From Heterodontus francisci (Eukaryota), in NCBI RefSeq assembly GCF_036365525.1, contig NW_027140807.1, positions 1,302,001-1,366,000 of the forward strand: 64,000 nucleotides of DNA, written 5' to 3'. Position numbers and translations under genes: made by a program. Below, in pieces: positions 38,621 through 51,065 of this stretch (its first letter is position 1; each line of letters opens with the position of its first letter). The notes below the pieces were generated by a model, which was given only the letters and a program-made list of their open reading frames with translations, searched no databases and was not told the DNA's origin.

Positions 38621-39782
38621 ATGCTGTGTACTGTTTACCTCCATCTACTGTTTCTGCTGCTCCCAGGTTACTGCTCCTACTTTTAGGGAAATCCGGGCCC
38701 GGATTAATCTGCTCCTGGGCAACATCAATTCTCGTTGTTGCAGAAAGTCTTCAAACAGTTCGATCACTTGGAGGATTCTTCACTGTTTGAAGCAGTGAAT
38801 TGTTCTGCTCTGAAATACATTGTCTGAAAGCCGGGTGGATGCAATTGCAACCTTTTCTTTTAAAAAAAAAGGGAGACCTGGATAAATTCCTGAATGGGCA
38901 ATATTTGCAGGACTCTGGGTAAAGAGCAGGGGAGTTGGAATATTTGGAAAGGTTCTTCAAAGAGCTAGCACAGGCGCGATTGGCCGAAGGGCTTCCTGCT
39001 GAGCTGTATCATTCTCTGGCTCTGGAAATGCCTTTCTTTTGGGTCCTAATTGTTTCTTACTCTGTTCAATAATAAATGTAACTTGCCTTGTTCGCCCTGC
39101 CCATTACCTGAAGGTTGGCCAGTCCTAGGCAGCTGATTTTGGGCACATTGCCCACAATGTCAATGAGCTGACCCAGTCAGTGTCGCTGGACTGGCGGACG
39201 GTGCAAGGACATTGCAATAGAGCTAGTGTTGGCGGCGGGGAATGTGGGCAAGCTGGCTGACTTTTGTCCTCCCCAGCAATGGGCACTGAGGCCAAGTGCA
39301 GCGATTTGGGCGCAGCTGCAGGTGTGCCCAGCGGATACTGAGCCTCCAGAGATGACCGGTCTGTATGTTGGCTCAGATCGACTGTGGTGTGCGTCGCAAT
39401 TTTAAACATTAAGTATCTCTCTGTCCTTACTGTGCCTGTTTAAATGTTTGATCCGATCTGTTTCTCATGTTTCTCCACAGCCCGGTCCAGGAGTGCCCTC
39501 CTTACTCAGTGGGGGAACCGGTTGATGGTCGCAGAGGGGACAACTGCGGAAATGCACTGTTTCCAGAATGACACCAGCGAGAGTTACATGTACTGGTATC
39601 GCCAGCAGAGCGGAGCAGGGTTGCAGCTCATAGTGAACTCGATTGGTACATCTGATCCCAGGCCTGAAGAGGGTTTCAAGGAGAGATTTAAAATCACCAG
39701 ACCCGATTTTAAATCCTGCAGCCTGAAAATACTGAGGGTGGAGCAGACTGACAGGGCGGTGTATTACTGCGCTGCTCGTGAT
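38621..39782 (+). CDS. TRBV: TCR beta V segment V12 (family F), apparently functional
   Basis: Leader 38621-38666 and V exon 39481-39782 (LTQWG..HCFQ..WYRQ..DRAVYYCAARD). RSS: CACAGTG 39783-39789, 23-bp spacer, TCAAAAACA 39813-39821. Confidence 0.94.
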
Positions 39783-39869
39783 CACAGTGATTCAAACAGG
39801 TGCAGGGCTGGGTCAAAAACATACCACCCTCTTATACTGTGAGCTGTTAGAGAGGAAAATTCAAGTAGG

Positions 39870-41005
39870 GAAACATGGAAACACAGAAAATAGGAGCAGG
39901 AGAATTCCACAGGTTCACCACCCTCTGAGTGAAGACATTTCTCCTCATCTCTGCTGTAAATGACATACCCTGTATTCTGAGACTGTGACCCCTGGTTCTG
40001 GACTCCCCAGCCATCGGGAACATCCTTCCTGCTTCTTGCCTGAATAGTCCTGTTAGAATGTTAGACGTTTCTACGAGATTCCCTCTCATTCTTTTAAACT
40101 CTAGTTAATATAGGCCTAGTCGGCCCAATCTCTCCTCATACGTCAATCCTGCCATCCCAGGAATCAGCCTAGTAAATCTTATTTGTACTCCCTCCATGGC
40201 AAGAACATCCTTTCTCAGATAATGAGACCAAAACTGCACACAATACTCCAGATCTGATCTCACCAAGGCTCTGTATAACTGCAGTAAGACATCCTTGCTC
40301 CTGTACTCAAATCCTCCTGCAACGAAGGCCAACATACCATTCTCCTTCCTAATTGCTTTCTGCACCTGAATGCTTGCTTTCAGCAACTGGGGTACAAGGA
40401 TCCCCAGGTCTCACTGAACCTCCCCTTTCCCAGTCGATCACCATTCAGATAATCATTTGCCTTTCTGTTTTTACAGCCAAAGTGGATAACCTCACATTTA
40501 TCCACATTATACTGCATCTACCATGCATTTGCCCACTCACCCAACTTGTCCAAATCTTATTGGAGTCTTTTTGCATCCTCCTCACAGCTCACATTACCCC
40601 CAGCTTTGTGTCATCTGCAAACTTGGAAATGTTACATTTAGTTCCCTCACCCAAGTCATTAATATATATTGTGAATAGCTGGGGCCCAAGCACTGATCCC
40701 TGTGATATCCCACTGGTCACTGTCTGCTTCCTGGAAAAAAGACCCGTTTATTCCTACTCTCTGTTTCATGTCTGTCAACCAATTTTCAATCCATGCCAGT
40801 ATATTGCCCCCAATCCCATGTGCTTTAATTTTGCACGCTTACCTCTTATGTGGGACCTTATTAAAAGCTTTTTGAAAATCCAAATACACCAGATCCACTG
40901 GTTCTCCCTTATCTATTCTACGTGTTAAGTCCTCAAACAACTGCAGTAGATTTGTTCAGCATGATTTCCCTTTCGCAAACCCATGCTGACTTGGTCCAAT
41001 CCTGT
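39870..41005 (-). mobile_element. CR1 LINE fragment
   Basis: LQLYRALVRSDLEYCVQFWS, LTYEERLGRLGL and FTQRVVNLWNS. Confidence 0.88.
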
Positions 41006-41760
41006 TTATACTTTCCAGGAGAGATCATAAAGTCAACCGTTCATGGATGGAGCTTTGAGAAGTTTTCCAAACCCAGCAGAGTGTGGGATATTCCAATAGA
41101 TTCTAAGTGCTCCCTGAGTGACAGTTCAATATCCAAAGACTCATTTCAGTACTTTCCAAAGCAGAGGAAATAATCTGCAGATAAGTTGAAAATCATAGAG
41201 GGCAGAGGAGGCTATTCGGCCCATTGTTCCTGTGCCAACATTTTGAAAGATCTACTTGTTTCATCCCACTCTACACTCTATCCTCAATGGGTGGCAGATA
41301 TTTCCTGTTCAAATATACATCCCAATCTCTTTTGAAAGTGACTGTTGAATCTGCTTCCTCCATCCTTTCAGGCAGTGCATTCCTGATCAGAATAACTCAC
41401 CAAGTTAAAGAAAAAACTCCTAATCTTCCCTCTTCCTCTTTTGTGAATCCTTTAATTCTTGTCCTCTCTTTACCGACCCTTCTGCCACTGCAAACAGTTT
41501 CTCCTTATTTACTCTGTCTAAACCCTTCCTGATTTTGAACCTCACTATCAAATCTCCTCCTAACCATCTCTGCTCTCCGGAGAACAGTCCCAGTTTCTGC
41601 ATTACTAAAAGTGCTGTCCTGTGATTGGAAATCTTTATCAGGGGACGCCTTGTTTGACTGTCTGCTCACTGCGCTCCTGAGATACCGAGCGGTGAAATGA
41701 GGTCTCCCCCAGGAGTTTCGACAATCACTTCAGGTGAGATATATCTCTATAAAGCACATC

Positions 41761-43000
41761 TAGAGTCATACAGTTACACAGCACAGAAGCAGGCCATTCT
41801 GCCCATCCTGTCTGTGCTGGCCATAAAGGACCTGACTATATTAATCAAATTTTGCAGCACGTGGCCCGTAGCGTTGTATGCTATGGCGTTACAAGTTCTC
41901 ATCTAAATACTTCTGAAATGTTGTGAGGGTTCCTGCCTCTCCCACCTCTTCAGGCAGTGTGTTCTAGATTCCAACCACCCTCTGTGTGAAGCATTTTTTC
42001 ATGAAATCCCCTCTAAACCTCCTGCTTCTTACCTTAAATCTATGCCACCTGGTTATTGACCCCTCCAAGAACGGGATAAATGCCTTCCTAACTAACCTAT
42101 CAGGACCCCGCATAATTTCAAAAAAGACAATAATGTAACCCCTCAGAATGCTCTGCTCTGAGGAAAACGACCATAGTGTTTTCAGTCTCTCTTCACAGCT
42201 GAAATGCTCCATCCCAGGCAACATCCTGGTGAATCTCCTCTGCACCCTCTCCAGTGCAATCACATCCTTCCTATAGTGTGGTGCCCAGAACTGTACACAT
42301 TACTCCAGATGTGGCCTAACTAGTGTTTTATACAGCTCCATCATAACCTCCCTGTTCTTATATTCTATACCTCGGTTGATAAAGGCAAGTATCGCATATA
42401 CCTTCCTAACCACCTTATCTACCTGTGCTGCTGCCTTCAGTGATCTATGGACAAGTACACCAAGATCCCTCTGACACCCTGTACTTCCTCGGGTCCTACC
42501 ATCCATTGGATATTCCCTTGCCTTGTTAGTCCTCCCAAAATGCATTACCTCACAATTCCCAGGATTAAACTCCATTTGCCACTGCTCTGCCCATCCTACC
42601 AGCCCATCTATACTGTCCTGTAATCTAAGGCTTTCCTCCTCACTGTTTGCGACACCACCAATTTTTGTGTCATCTGCGAACTTACGTAACATACCTCCTA
42701 TATTCACACTTCATTCATTAATGTACACCACAAACAGCAAGGGTCCCAGCACTGATCCCTGTGGTACACCACTGTTCACAGGATTCCACTCAGAAAAAAA
42801 ACCCTCGACCATCACCCTCTGCCTCCTGCGAAGAAACCAATTTTGAATCCATTTTCCCAAACTGCCCTGGATCCCATGGGCTCTGACCTTCCTAACCAAT
42901 CTCCCATGCGGGACTTTATCAAAAGCCATGTAGACTATATCAACTGCTTGACCCTTATCTATACATCTAGTCACCGCCACGAAAAATTCAATCAAGTTGG
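41761..43000 (-). mobile_element. 5'-truncated CR1 LINE inserted upstream of the V13 promoter
   Basis: AFDKVPHGRL, GVPQGSVLGPLLF and KFADDTK. The flanks rejoin to match the empty site upstream of V12. Confidence 0.92.
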
Positions 43001-43159
43001 TATATATGTCAACCATTCCAATCGTTATGCATATTCCCAAACCCTGCAATAGATGGGACTTTGCAAGTCAATCCTGTGTAATTCTATTTTTCACACCCAC
43101 ACATCGGAAAGAAACATCTGCTTTGTTGGATACACAAGGAAGGTTCTATTCGTTGCCCT

Positions 43160-43215
43160 TGCAATGACGTCACTTCCGCACTGCATCACAAAAGCAGGCT
43201 GTGCACCAATAGGAC
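43160..43215 (+). promoter_or_regulatory. V13 promoter: CRE palindrome overlapping an ETS motif, plus a CCAAT box
   Basis: TGACGTCA at 43165-43172 runs into CACTTCCG, and CCAAT lies near 43206. CRE-like decamers are the known conserved element of mammalian Vbeta promoters. Confidence 0.65.
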
Positions 43216-43276
43216 TGCAGTGTGTGAGAGCGGGACGAAGCTGGAAGGTTGAAAGAAGGGTTCACATTCCTGCATC

Positions 43277-43938
43277 ATGCTGTGTACTGTTTACCTCCAT
43301 CTACTGTTTCTGCTGCTCCCAGGTTACTGCTCCTACTTGGAGGGAAATTCAGGCCCCAGTTAATCAGCTTTGAGACACAATTCCTGTTGATATCGAAGGG
43401 CTCCAATCAGTTAGAGATTTACTGGTTTGGTTTTACTGTTGAGGACAAGTGTCGTTATTTAGCACCGCTGCAGTTGTGCCCAGCGATTCTGGGAATCAGC
43501 ACATGACCCCTGTGCTGGGGCGGCAGCGAGCTGATCGACTGTGGTGTGCATCGTGAGCTTTACCATTAAATCTCTCTCTCTCTCCTTATTGTGTCTGTTC
43601 TCTTTGACCCGATCTGTTTCTTATGTTCCTCCACAGCCCGGTCCAGGAGCGCTCTCGTTACCCAGTGGGGGAACCGGCTGACGGTCGCAGAGGGGAAAAC
43701 GGTGGAAATGCACTGTTTCCAGAATGACACCAGCGACAGTTACATGTACTGGTATCGCCAGCAGAGCGGAGCAGGGTTACTGCTCATAGTGACCTCGATT
43801 GGCACCTCTGATTCCAGCCCTGAAGAGGGTTTCAAGGAGAGATTTAAGGTCACCAGACCCGATCTTAAAACCTGCAGCCTGAAAATACTGAGGGTGGATC
43901 AGACTGACAGGGCGGTGTATTACTGTGCTGCTAGTGAT
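43277..43938 (+). CDS. TRBV: TCR beta V segment V13 (family F), most D-proximal, apparently functional
   Basis: Leader 43277-43322 and V exon 43637-43938. RSS: CACAGTG 43939-43945, 23-bp spacer, TCAAAAACA 43969-43977. Confidence 0.94.
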
Positions 43939-44484
43939 CACAGTGATTCAAACAGGTGCAGGGCTGGGTCAAAAACATACCACCCTCTTATACTGTGAGT
44001 GTTCGAGAGGAAAACTCAAGTAAGCAGAGTTCATAAAGACAGCTGTTCATTGATGAAACTTTGCAGAGTTTTCCATCAACTTTCAGAGTGTAGATATTTC
44101 CTGTTCAAATATATTTCCCAATCTCCTTTCTAAGTTACTGTTGAATCTGCTTGCTCCATCCTTTCAGGCATCGCATTCCTGATCAGAATAACTCAACAAG
44201 TTAAAAGAAAAATCTCTTCGTCTGTGCTGGTGTTGTCTGTGTGAGTCTGCATCTGTATCTTACAGCTTGCAAGCAGCTCTTAAAGTGATAAATAGATGGC
44301 TTGGTTCTGCTGAAAGATAGAGCTATCAAAGTCCCGATGGATAGATACATCTTATTATCTTAGAATATCACCCTGTACCATTTAAACTGAACATTGTTGT
44401 GTTTATCACAAATTTTACCCAACCTTGATCATCAGGTTAGCAATCAAGTTACTGCCACTTATCATCGATATTCCTAATCACAGA

Positions 44485-45140
44485 ATCAGAAAATTGGAAC
44501 AGTACACAAGAAGGCAATTCGACCCATTGTGTCTGAACCGGCCCTCCGAATGAGCAATTCATTCAGTTCCATTCCCTCGCCTTCTACCCGTAACCCTGCA
44601 CATTCTTCCTTTTCATAATTCCATTTTGAATGCCCCGATTGCACCTGCCTGCACCATACTCTCTGAGCCTGCACTCCAGACATTAACCATTCGCTTTGTG
44701 AAACAATGTTTTCCTCATGTCACTTTTACTTCTGTTTCCAATTAGTTTAAATGTGTGCCCTCTCATTCTCCATCCTTTCACGAGTGGGAGCAGTTTCTCT
44801 CTATCTGTTCTGTCCCGACACCTCATGATTTTGAATCCCTCTATCAAATCACCTCTCAGCCTTCTCTTCTCCAAGGAAAACAATCCCAACTTCTCCAAAC
44901 TATCATCATAACAGAGGTCCCTCACCCGTGGAACCATTCTCCTGAATCTTTTCCTCACTCTCTCCAATGCTTTCATTTCTTTCCTCAAGTGCAGCTCCCA
45001 GAACTGGACACAATACTCCGGCTGAAGTCGAACTAGTGTCTTGTACAAGTGCAACTTACTTCCATGCTCTTGTACTCTCAGCCTCTTTTAATAAAGCCCA
45101 GGATACTGTATGCTTTATTAACTGCTCTCTCAACCTGTCC
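44485..45140 (-). mobile_element. CR1 LINE 3' fragment
   Basis: LYKTLVR..EYCVQFW..LGLFSLEKRRLRGDL. Confidence 0.85.
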
Positions 45141-45847
45141 AGCGCCAACCATGAATAATGCTTGTGGTTAATCTGCGTATCAGTATCTTTTTATTGACAA
45201 ACCGCTAACTTATCCATCTCATTTTCAGAAATTATATTCCGATATCCCTCGGTAGAGCAATCCCCACCTTCCTGGAATGCACTGTCTCATAACTGCATTC
45301 AATTCACGTACTTTGGTCTAACGAAGGCGCAGCAGGAACTCCCAGGCGCTGGGGCCGGTCTTTCAGCTGAAACTTGGTCCAACTGGGGGACGGTCCATCA
45401 AGTTGAATGAGGCTGTCACTGGTGTCACAGTGAATCTGAAGAATAAGGTTTATCTGGCATCTCTCAGCTCTGTACTCTCTGAATTAAACTGTGTTGGGTT
45501 CCAGCACTAAGCTAAACAGGCAGGCTTCGGAATGCAGGATTTGCTAGATGCCAAAAAAAAACCAGGACACCTCGTTCAACTTCTGGTATCCTTGTAGACC
45601 AATAATGTAGTTGTTGATGATGGTAGCCTTTGTAACAGTAGTTGTATTCCAGCAATGATGCTCAGCATAAAGCTGCTGGATTGGCGGAAAGAGCCACCTG
45701 GTTCAGTGATATCCTTTGGGGAAGGAATTTTGCCTCCCTCACCCAGTCTGGACACTCAGTAACTCCAGACCCCGGCAGCAATGCTGTTCACCCTTCACTG
45801 CCCTGAGGAATGGGCCTAGTCAGCCACGCAGTTGCATTCAAGAAGAA

Positions 45848-46185
45848 GGGGCGGCACAGTGGCGCAGTGGTTAGCACCGCAGCCTCACAGCTCCAGGGAC
45901 CCGGGTTCGATTCCAGGTACTGCCTGTGTGGAGTTTGCAAGTTCTCCCTGTGTCTGCGTGGGTTTTCTCCGGGTGCTCCGGTTTCCTCCCACAAGCCAAA
46001 AGACTTGCAGGTTGATAGGTAAATTGGCCATTATAAATTGTCACTAGTGGTGGTAGGGAAATATAGGGACAGGTGGGGATGTTTGGTAGCAATATGGGAT
46101 TAGTGTAGGATTAGTATAAATGGGTGGTTGATGTTCGGCACAGACTCGGTGGGCCGAAGGGCCTGTTTCAGTGCTGTATCTCTAA
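45848..46185 (+). mobile_element. Full-length tRNA-derived V-SINE (HE1-like)
   Basis: A box TGGCGCAGTGG, B box GGTTCGATTCC, V-domain GTGTGGAGTTTGCA..GGTGCTCCGGTTTCCTCCCACA, and a CR1-like tail. Confidence 0.88.
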
Positions 46186-48818
46186 TCAAGTCTGCTCAAG
46201 AGCGGTTAGACTTGGAAATAAACGTAGCCCTCGCCAGCCCACATCCCGTAACAGAACAGAAATAAACCAATTGCGGTTACTTGATCTACAACAGGGCCCA
46301 GGCATGAGGTGTGGAAAGCACCAAAATGTCAGGCCCAAAGTCCCTGTTCCTCCCAAGCAGGCAACTCTTGTCACATGTCATGTCTCAACTTAATCCCAAA
46401 ATGTTCCTCACTGAAGGAAATCTATCAAATCTGGATATGGATGGATCAATACCACGAGGCAAACACAGTCTTAGGGCCCCTATTGAATAAAGAATGACCG
46501 GTGTCTCATTGACATACTTCCACATGTCATGTTAAACCTCTTCAACACTGACCTGTTGAGATGATAACCAGCCTGCTCTTGACAGAATTCCCTGGTGTAC
46601 CGGGAGGAATTTGTCCCAGGGCAGTTCCAACTCCAACACAGCCATATAAGTAGGGTTTGCTTGACTGGAACCCGGTCTGCAGTGAGAATGCACCCATAGA
46701 GATAACAGATAAGGTTCACCGTCTCCCAATAGCTTGGTTGTCATGCTTCATATGCCAAAGGGTGGAGAATAGTTTTACTTTTATTGAATAAAGGCAATGA
46801 TGTCAAGTTGTTCCTTTCTGATCTGTACACATTATAGCATCACAGAAAGATTCAACACAAAGGAGATCATCCCGTCTCTGCTTGCTTTTGTGAAAAATCT
46901 ATCCAGTTAGTCCCACTCTCCTGCCCTTTTGCCCTAGCCCTGGAAATCTTCTGCTCCAAGGATCTATCCAATTCCCTTTTGAAAGCGGAATCCCATTCCA
47001 CTGCCGTTTCAGGCGATGCGTTCAAGATCGATAATACCCGTCCCACTCAGAATCTTTCTCCTCGTCCCGCTTCTGGTTCTTTTGCCACTGACCCTAAATC
47101 AGCGCCTCCCTGGTTAGCGACCTTCCTGCCTCAGAAAACAGCTTCTCCCTGTTCAATTTATCAAAATCCTTCCTGATTTCCAACACCACCTTCCGCTGGG
47201 TCCCTTAACCTTCTCTGCTCTGATTATAATTCTTTCCGATCGCCTGGAAATTGCACTGAAATCGACAAACTTCCCTTATCAAGATCTGGTTTGGCCTGTA
47301 ACTGGCTTCAGGGTTTGCCATGACGTGACTTCATGGTCAAGTGAAACACGGGTTAGACCGGAAGAGAAAGATAATATTTTAGACCGTATGTGCTGTGATG
47401 ACACAATGATCTGACACTGCAAACGCGCAGGAACCACTTACATCAGAACATTAGAAAATAGGAGCAGGAGTAAGCCATTCGGCCCGCCGTGTCTGCTCCT
47501 CCACATAATGAAGATCTTGAGGATCTGCTACCTTCACTCCACTTTCCCGCCATATTCCTACATCCCTGGATTCCCTTGGTGCCTAAAATCTATGGATCTC
47601 ATGTCTTCAATTTTCTCAATGACTGAGAATTCCACAGCTCTCTGAATTCCAAAGAGTCATAACCCTCTGAGTGAAGACATTCCTCCTCATCTAAGTGTTG
47701 TAGATGGACCCCTTATCCTGAAGCTTCTTCCCCTTATTTCTAGGTTCTCCAGCCAGGGGGGAAGCAGCCTCTCAGTGTGTACCCTGTCAAACACTCTCAT
47801 AATTTTGTACGTTTCAAATGGATCACCTCTGATTCTTCCAGAGAATAACAGCCCATTCGACTCAATTTCTCCTCATTGGGCAGCCTTCTCCTCCTTGGAA
47901 CCAATTGAGTGAACCTTCGTTGCAACCTCCTCTAAGGCAAATACATGCTTCCGTAGATAAGGAGAGCAACACTCGACACAACACTATATTTGTTTTGTTA
48001 CCAAAGTCCCAACTAGCTGCAGAAAGATTTCCTTACTCTTATGTTTCAAACGCCTTACAATAAAAGCTAACATGTTACTCGCCTTCCTAATTCCTTGTTG
48101 TACATTGATGTAAAATTGCTCTCATTCATATACACGGGTCCCTCTTGCAATATCAATAATGGGAAGAATGTTGTTATTGAAATTACTCACCCTGTTGCTC
48201 GACCACTTTTACTACAGACCCAGATATTTTCAGATTGGACTGGAGTTCCCGAAATCTACAACATTCCGTCATTTCTTTTCTTTAGCTTTTATGAAGTGGA
48301 AGACTTTTAATGGGCTCCTGACGGTCAGATGTCCTCCAGCCTTTACGGATTCGAGATGCTGTGCACATTTCCAACCTCCATTATGCCAGTGGAGTCGAAA
48401 GTGAGTTCCTTAGCTGATGTGTTCTCTGAGGATTGAAGCAAAATTGCAGGGACGCAGATCAGAAGTCTTTTCCACGTGCCAACAAGATAGTAACCCTGTA
48501 CTTGCAGGGTCCAAGATCGAGCAGCGTTATAAAACTCCCGGTCGGCACCCTGTCTCGAAATTTCAATGTGAGGTGAATGCACATAACCAGGAATGAATTC
48601 CAACTGATGCATCTTGGATCCAATACTGGTAGCGGAGGGGTGAGTTTCGCTCCACTTGTCACCATCTGGTCATCTTTGCACATGGCAATAAATAATCCTA
48701 CATCTCACTGGAAGTAGGTAGCATTGATCACACTCCGGCTGCGACTCGGTAACGCCAGAAGAATGATCCAAATGGTGAATGGTGATGAAAATTATTCAGA
48801 CTTCATCGTATTCCCTCT

Positions 48819-48930
48819 GCGGCCGCCAGAGGGCGCGATCACTCGCTGAATGGAAATTCATTGTCTGACATCTGCTCGAATTCCATTTGCAGCCACGAGA
48901 TCTGCAGAGTACTGCGCCATCTCCTGGTGG
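48819..48930. promoter_or_regulatory. Pair of oppositely oriented CTCF-consensus motifs in the V-D interval
   Basis: GGCCGCCAGAGGGCGC on + at 48821-48836, and CCACCAGGAGATGGCGCAGT on - at 48911-48930. Confidence 0.6.
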
Positions 48931-50251
48931 AAACCGAGAATGACCAGATAATCTGTTTTAGTAAAGTTGGTTCAGGGATGTCTATTGCCCCAGATAACCC
49001 TCGAGAATGCCCCTGTTATTCTCCGAAATAGTGGCTATGAGATCCTTCCCATCTGCAGTCGGGACCTCGTTTTAACATCTCAGCCAAAATAAAGAGAGTA
49101 CCTCGGTGCTACACCTCCACACGGTGCAGCACTTCCTCTGTCCTGCACTGGGGGTGTCAGCCTCGTTTTTATGCTTAAATCTCGGTCCGGGGACTTAAAC
49201 CCACAAACCTCTGACTCAGTGCCGAGGTGCTCCCCACTAAACCACTTCTGATATTTAAAGACACATCAGAGGAAGTGGTCAGTCATACAAGATGCTTTGA
49301 GGTTCTCCCATCTGTGGAGATGATGAATACTGCACGGCCTTTTGAAACAACCAGCACTCTGTGGACTAATCAGGAAACCAAGAGTCGGATACACATATCT
49401 TGATGAGGTAACAGAGAGGGTTAATGAGGGTAATGCGGCTGATGTGGTGTACATGAACTTCAAAAAAAGCGTTTCAAAAAGTACTACATAACAGGCTTGT
49501 CAGCAAAGTTAAAGCCCATGGAATAAAAGGGGCATTAGCAACATGGATACAAAGCAACATGGAACAGAGTAGTGGTAAACAGTTGGTGTTCAGTCTGAAA
49601 GAAGGTATATAGTGGGGTTCTCCAGGGACCACTGCTTGTCTTGATCGATATTAATAACCTAGACTTGTGTGTGCAGGGCACAATTGCAAACTTTGCAGTT
49701 TTGTGAACCGTGAGGAGGATGGTGATAGATTTTAAGAGGACGTTACATCAAGCGACAGCATACAAGTGCTGAAAACTAGAGCAACAGGACGCGAAATCCC
49801 GATCGTGACAAATTCGAATCAAATTTTCTGTGACGAGTTTAATTCGTGTCCCCCCGTGGAAGAAACGTAAATCAAAACTGCCGACAGAATCCGTTTCTGG
49901 AAGACATGTTCCAAGTCATAAGCCTCCTGTTCACAGGTCAGCACGAGCGTGTAATTAAACAGCTGCAGTTTGCATTTAAATAGCGACTTCACCGTCCCGA
50001 GATAAACGGCCCGAACAGCGTAAATCTGCCAACTATTTGACACAGGGTTACAGCTGAAATTGTTAGGAGGTGTGGGCCAAAGCCGGGCAGGTTTGGAGGA
50101 GAGAGATGTGGAGGGGGTTTGGGAGGGAATGGCAGAGCTGAGGTCGCTGTCAGAGGAAGGAACGGCCGAGAAATGAAGAAGTGATCAGGATTAGTGGAGC
50201 AATAGCGCCACTTACCGCCCATCGATCGCCAATGCAGCCAACTTCGTCAAT

Positions 50252-51065
50252 TCAGTACTGAGGGAGTGCTGCACTGTTGGAGGGTCAGTACTGAGGGAGT
50301 GCTGCACTGTCAGAGGGTCAGTACTGAGGGAGTGCTGCACTGTTGGAGGGTCAGTACTGAGTGAGTGCTGCACTGTCAGAGTGTCAGTACTGAGGGAGTG
50401 CCGCACCATCAGATGGTCAGCACTGAGGGAGTGCTGCACTGTCAGAGGGTCAGTACTGAGGGAGTGCTGCACAGTCAGAGTGTCAGTACTGAGCGAGTGC
50501 TGCACTGTCCGAGGGTCAGTACTGAGGGAGTGCTGCACTGTCAGAGGGTTAGTACTGAGGGAGTGCTGCACTGTCAGAGGGTCAATACTGAGGGAGCACT
50601 GCACTGTCAGAGTGTCTGTACTGAGGGAGTGCTGCACTGTCAGAGTGTCAGTACTGAGGGAGTGCCGCACCGTCAGATGGTCAGCACTGAGGGAGTGCTG
50701 CACTGTCAGAGGGTCAGTACTGAGGGTGCACTGCACTGTCAGAGGGTCAGTACTGAGGGAGTGCTGCTCTGTCAGAGTGTCAGTACTGAGGGAGTGCTGC
50801 ACTCTAAGAGGGTCAGTACTGAGGGAGTGCTGCACTGTCAGAGTGTCCGTACTGAGGGAGTGCTGCACTGTCAGAGGGTCAGTACTGAGGGAGTGCCGCA
50901 CTGTCAGAGGGTCAGTAGTGAGGGAGTGCTGTACTGTCAGAGTGTCAGTACTGAGGAATTGCTGCACTGTCCGAGGGTCAGTACTGAGGGAGTGCTGTAC
51001 TCTCAAAGGATCAGTACTGTGGGATTGCTGCACTTTCAGAGGGTCAGTACAGAGGGAGTGCTGAA
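50252..51065 (+). repeat. 33-bp minisatellite, about 25 copies
   Basis: Unit GTCAGTACTGAGGGAGTGCTGCACTGTCAGAGG. About 3-4 related copies lie in the V9 intron (23010-23125). Confidence 0.95.

Noticed and set aside
45848-45920. tRNA gene
   Set aside because: The A/B boxes continue into a V-SINE core and LINE-like tail, so this is a SINE head.
47370-47440. TGCTGTG-ATGA-CACAATG as a second D segment
   Set aside because: There is no acceptable nonamer on either side, and the core is only 4 nt.
48340-48790. Minus-strand stretch with faint Ig-like words (YQYWIQ, GYYLVGTW) as an inverted V relic
   Set aside because: It needs several frameshifts and stops and has no RSS or proper Cys spacing. It cannot be supported without a profile search.
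50252-51065. CACTGTC in each 33-bp unit as cryptic RSS heptamers
   Set aside because: The mismatch is at the essential terminal position of the CACTGTG reading, and there is no nonamer at 12 or 23 bp.
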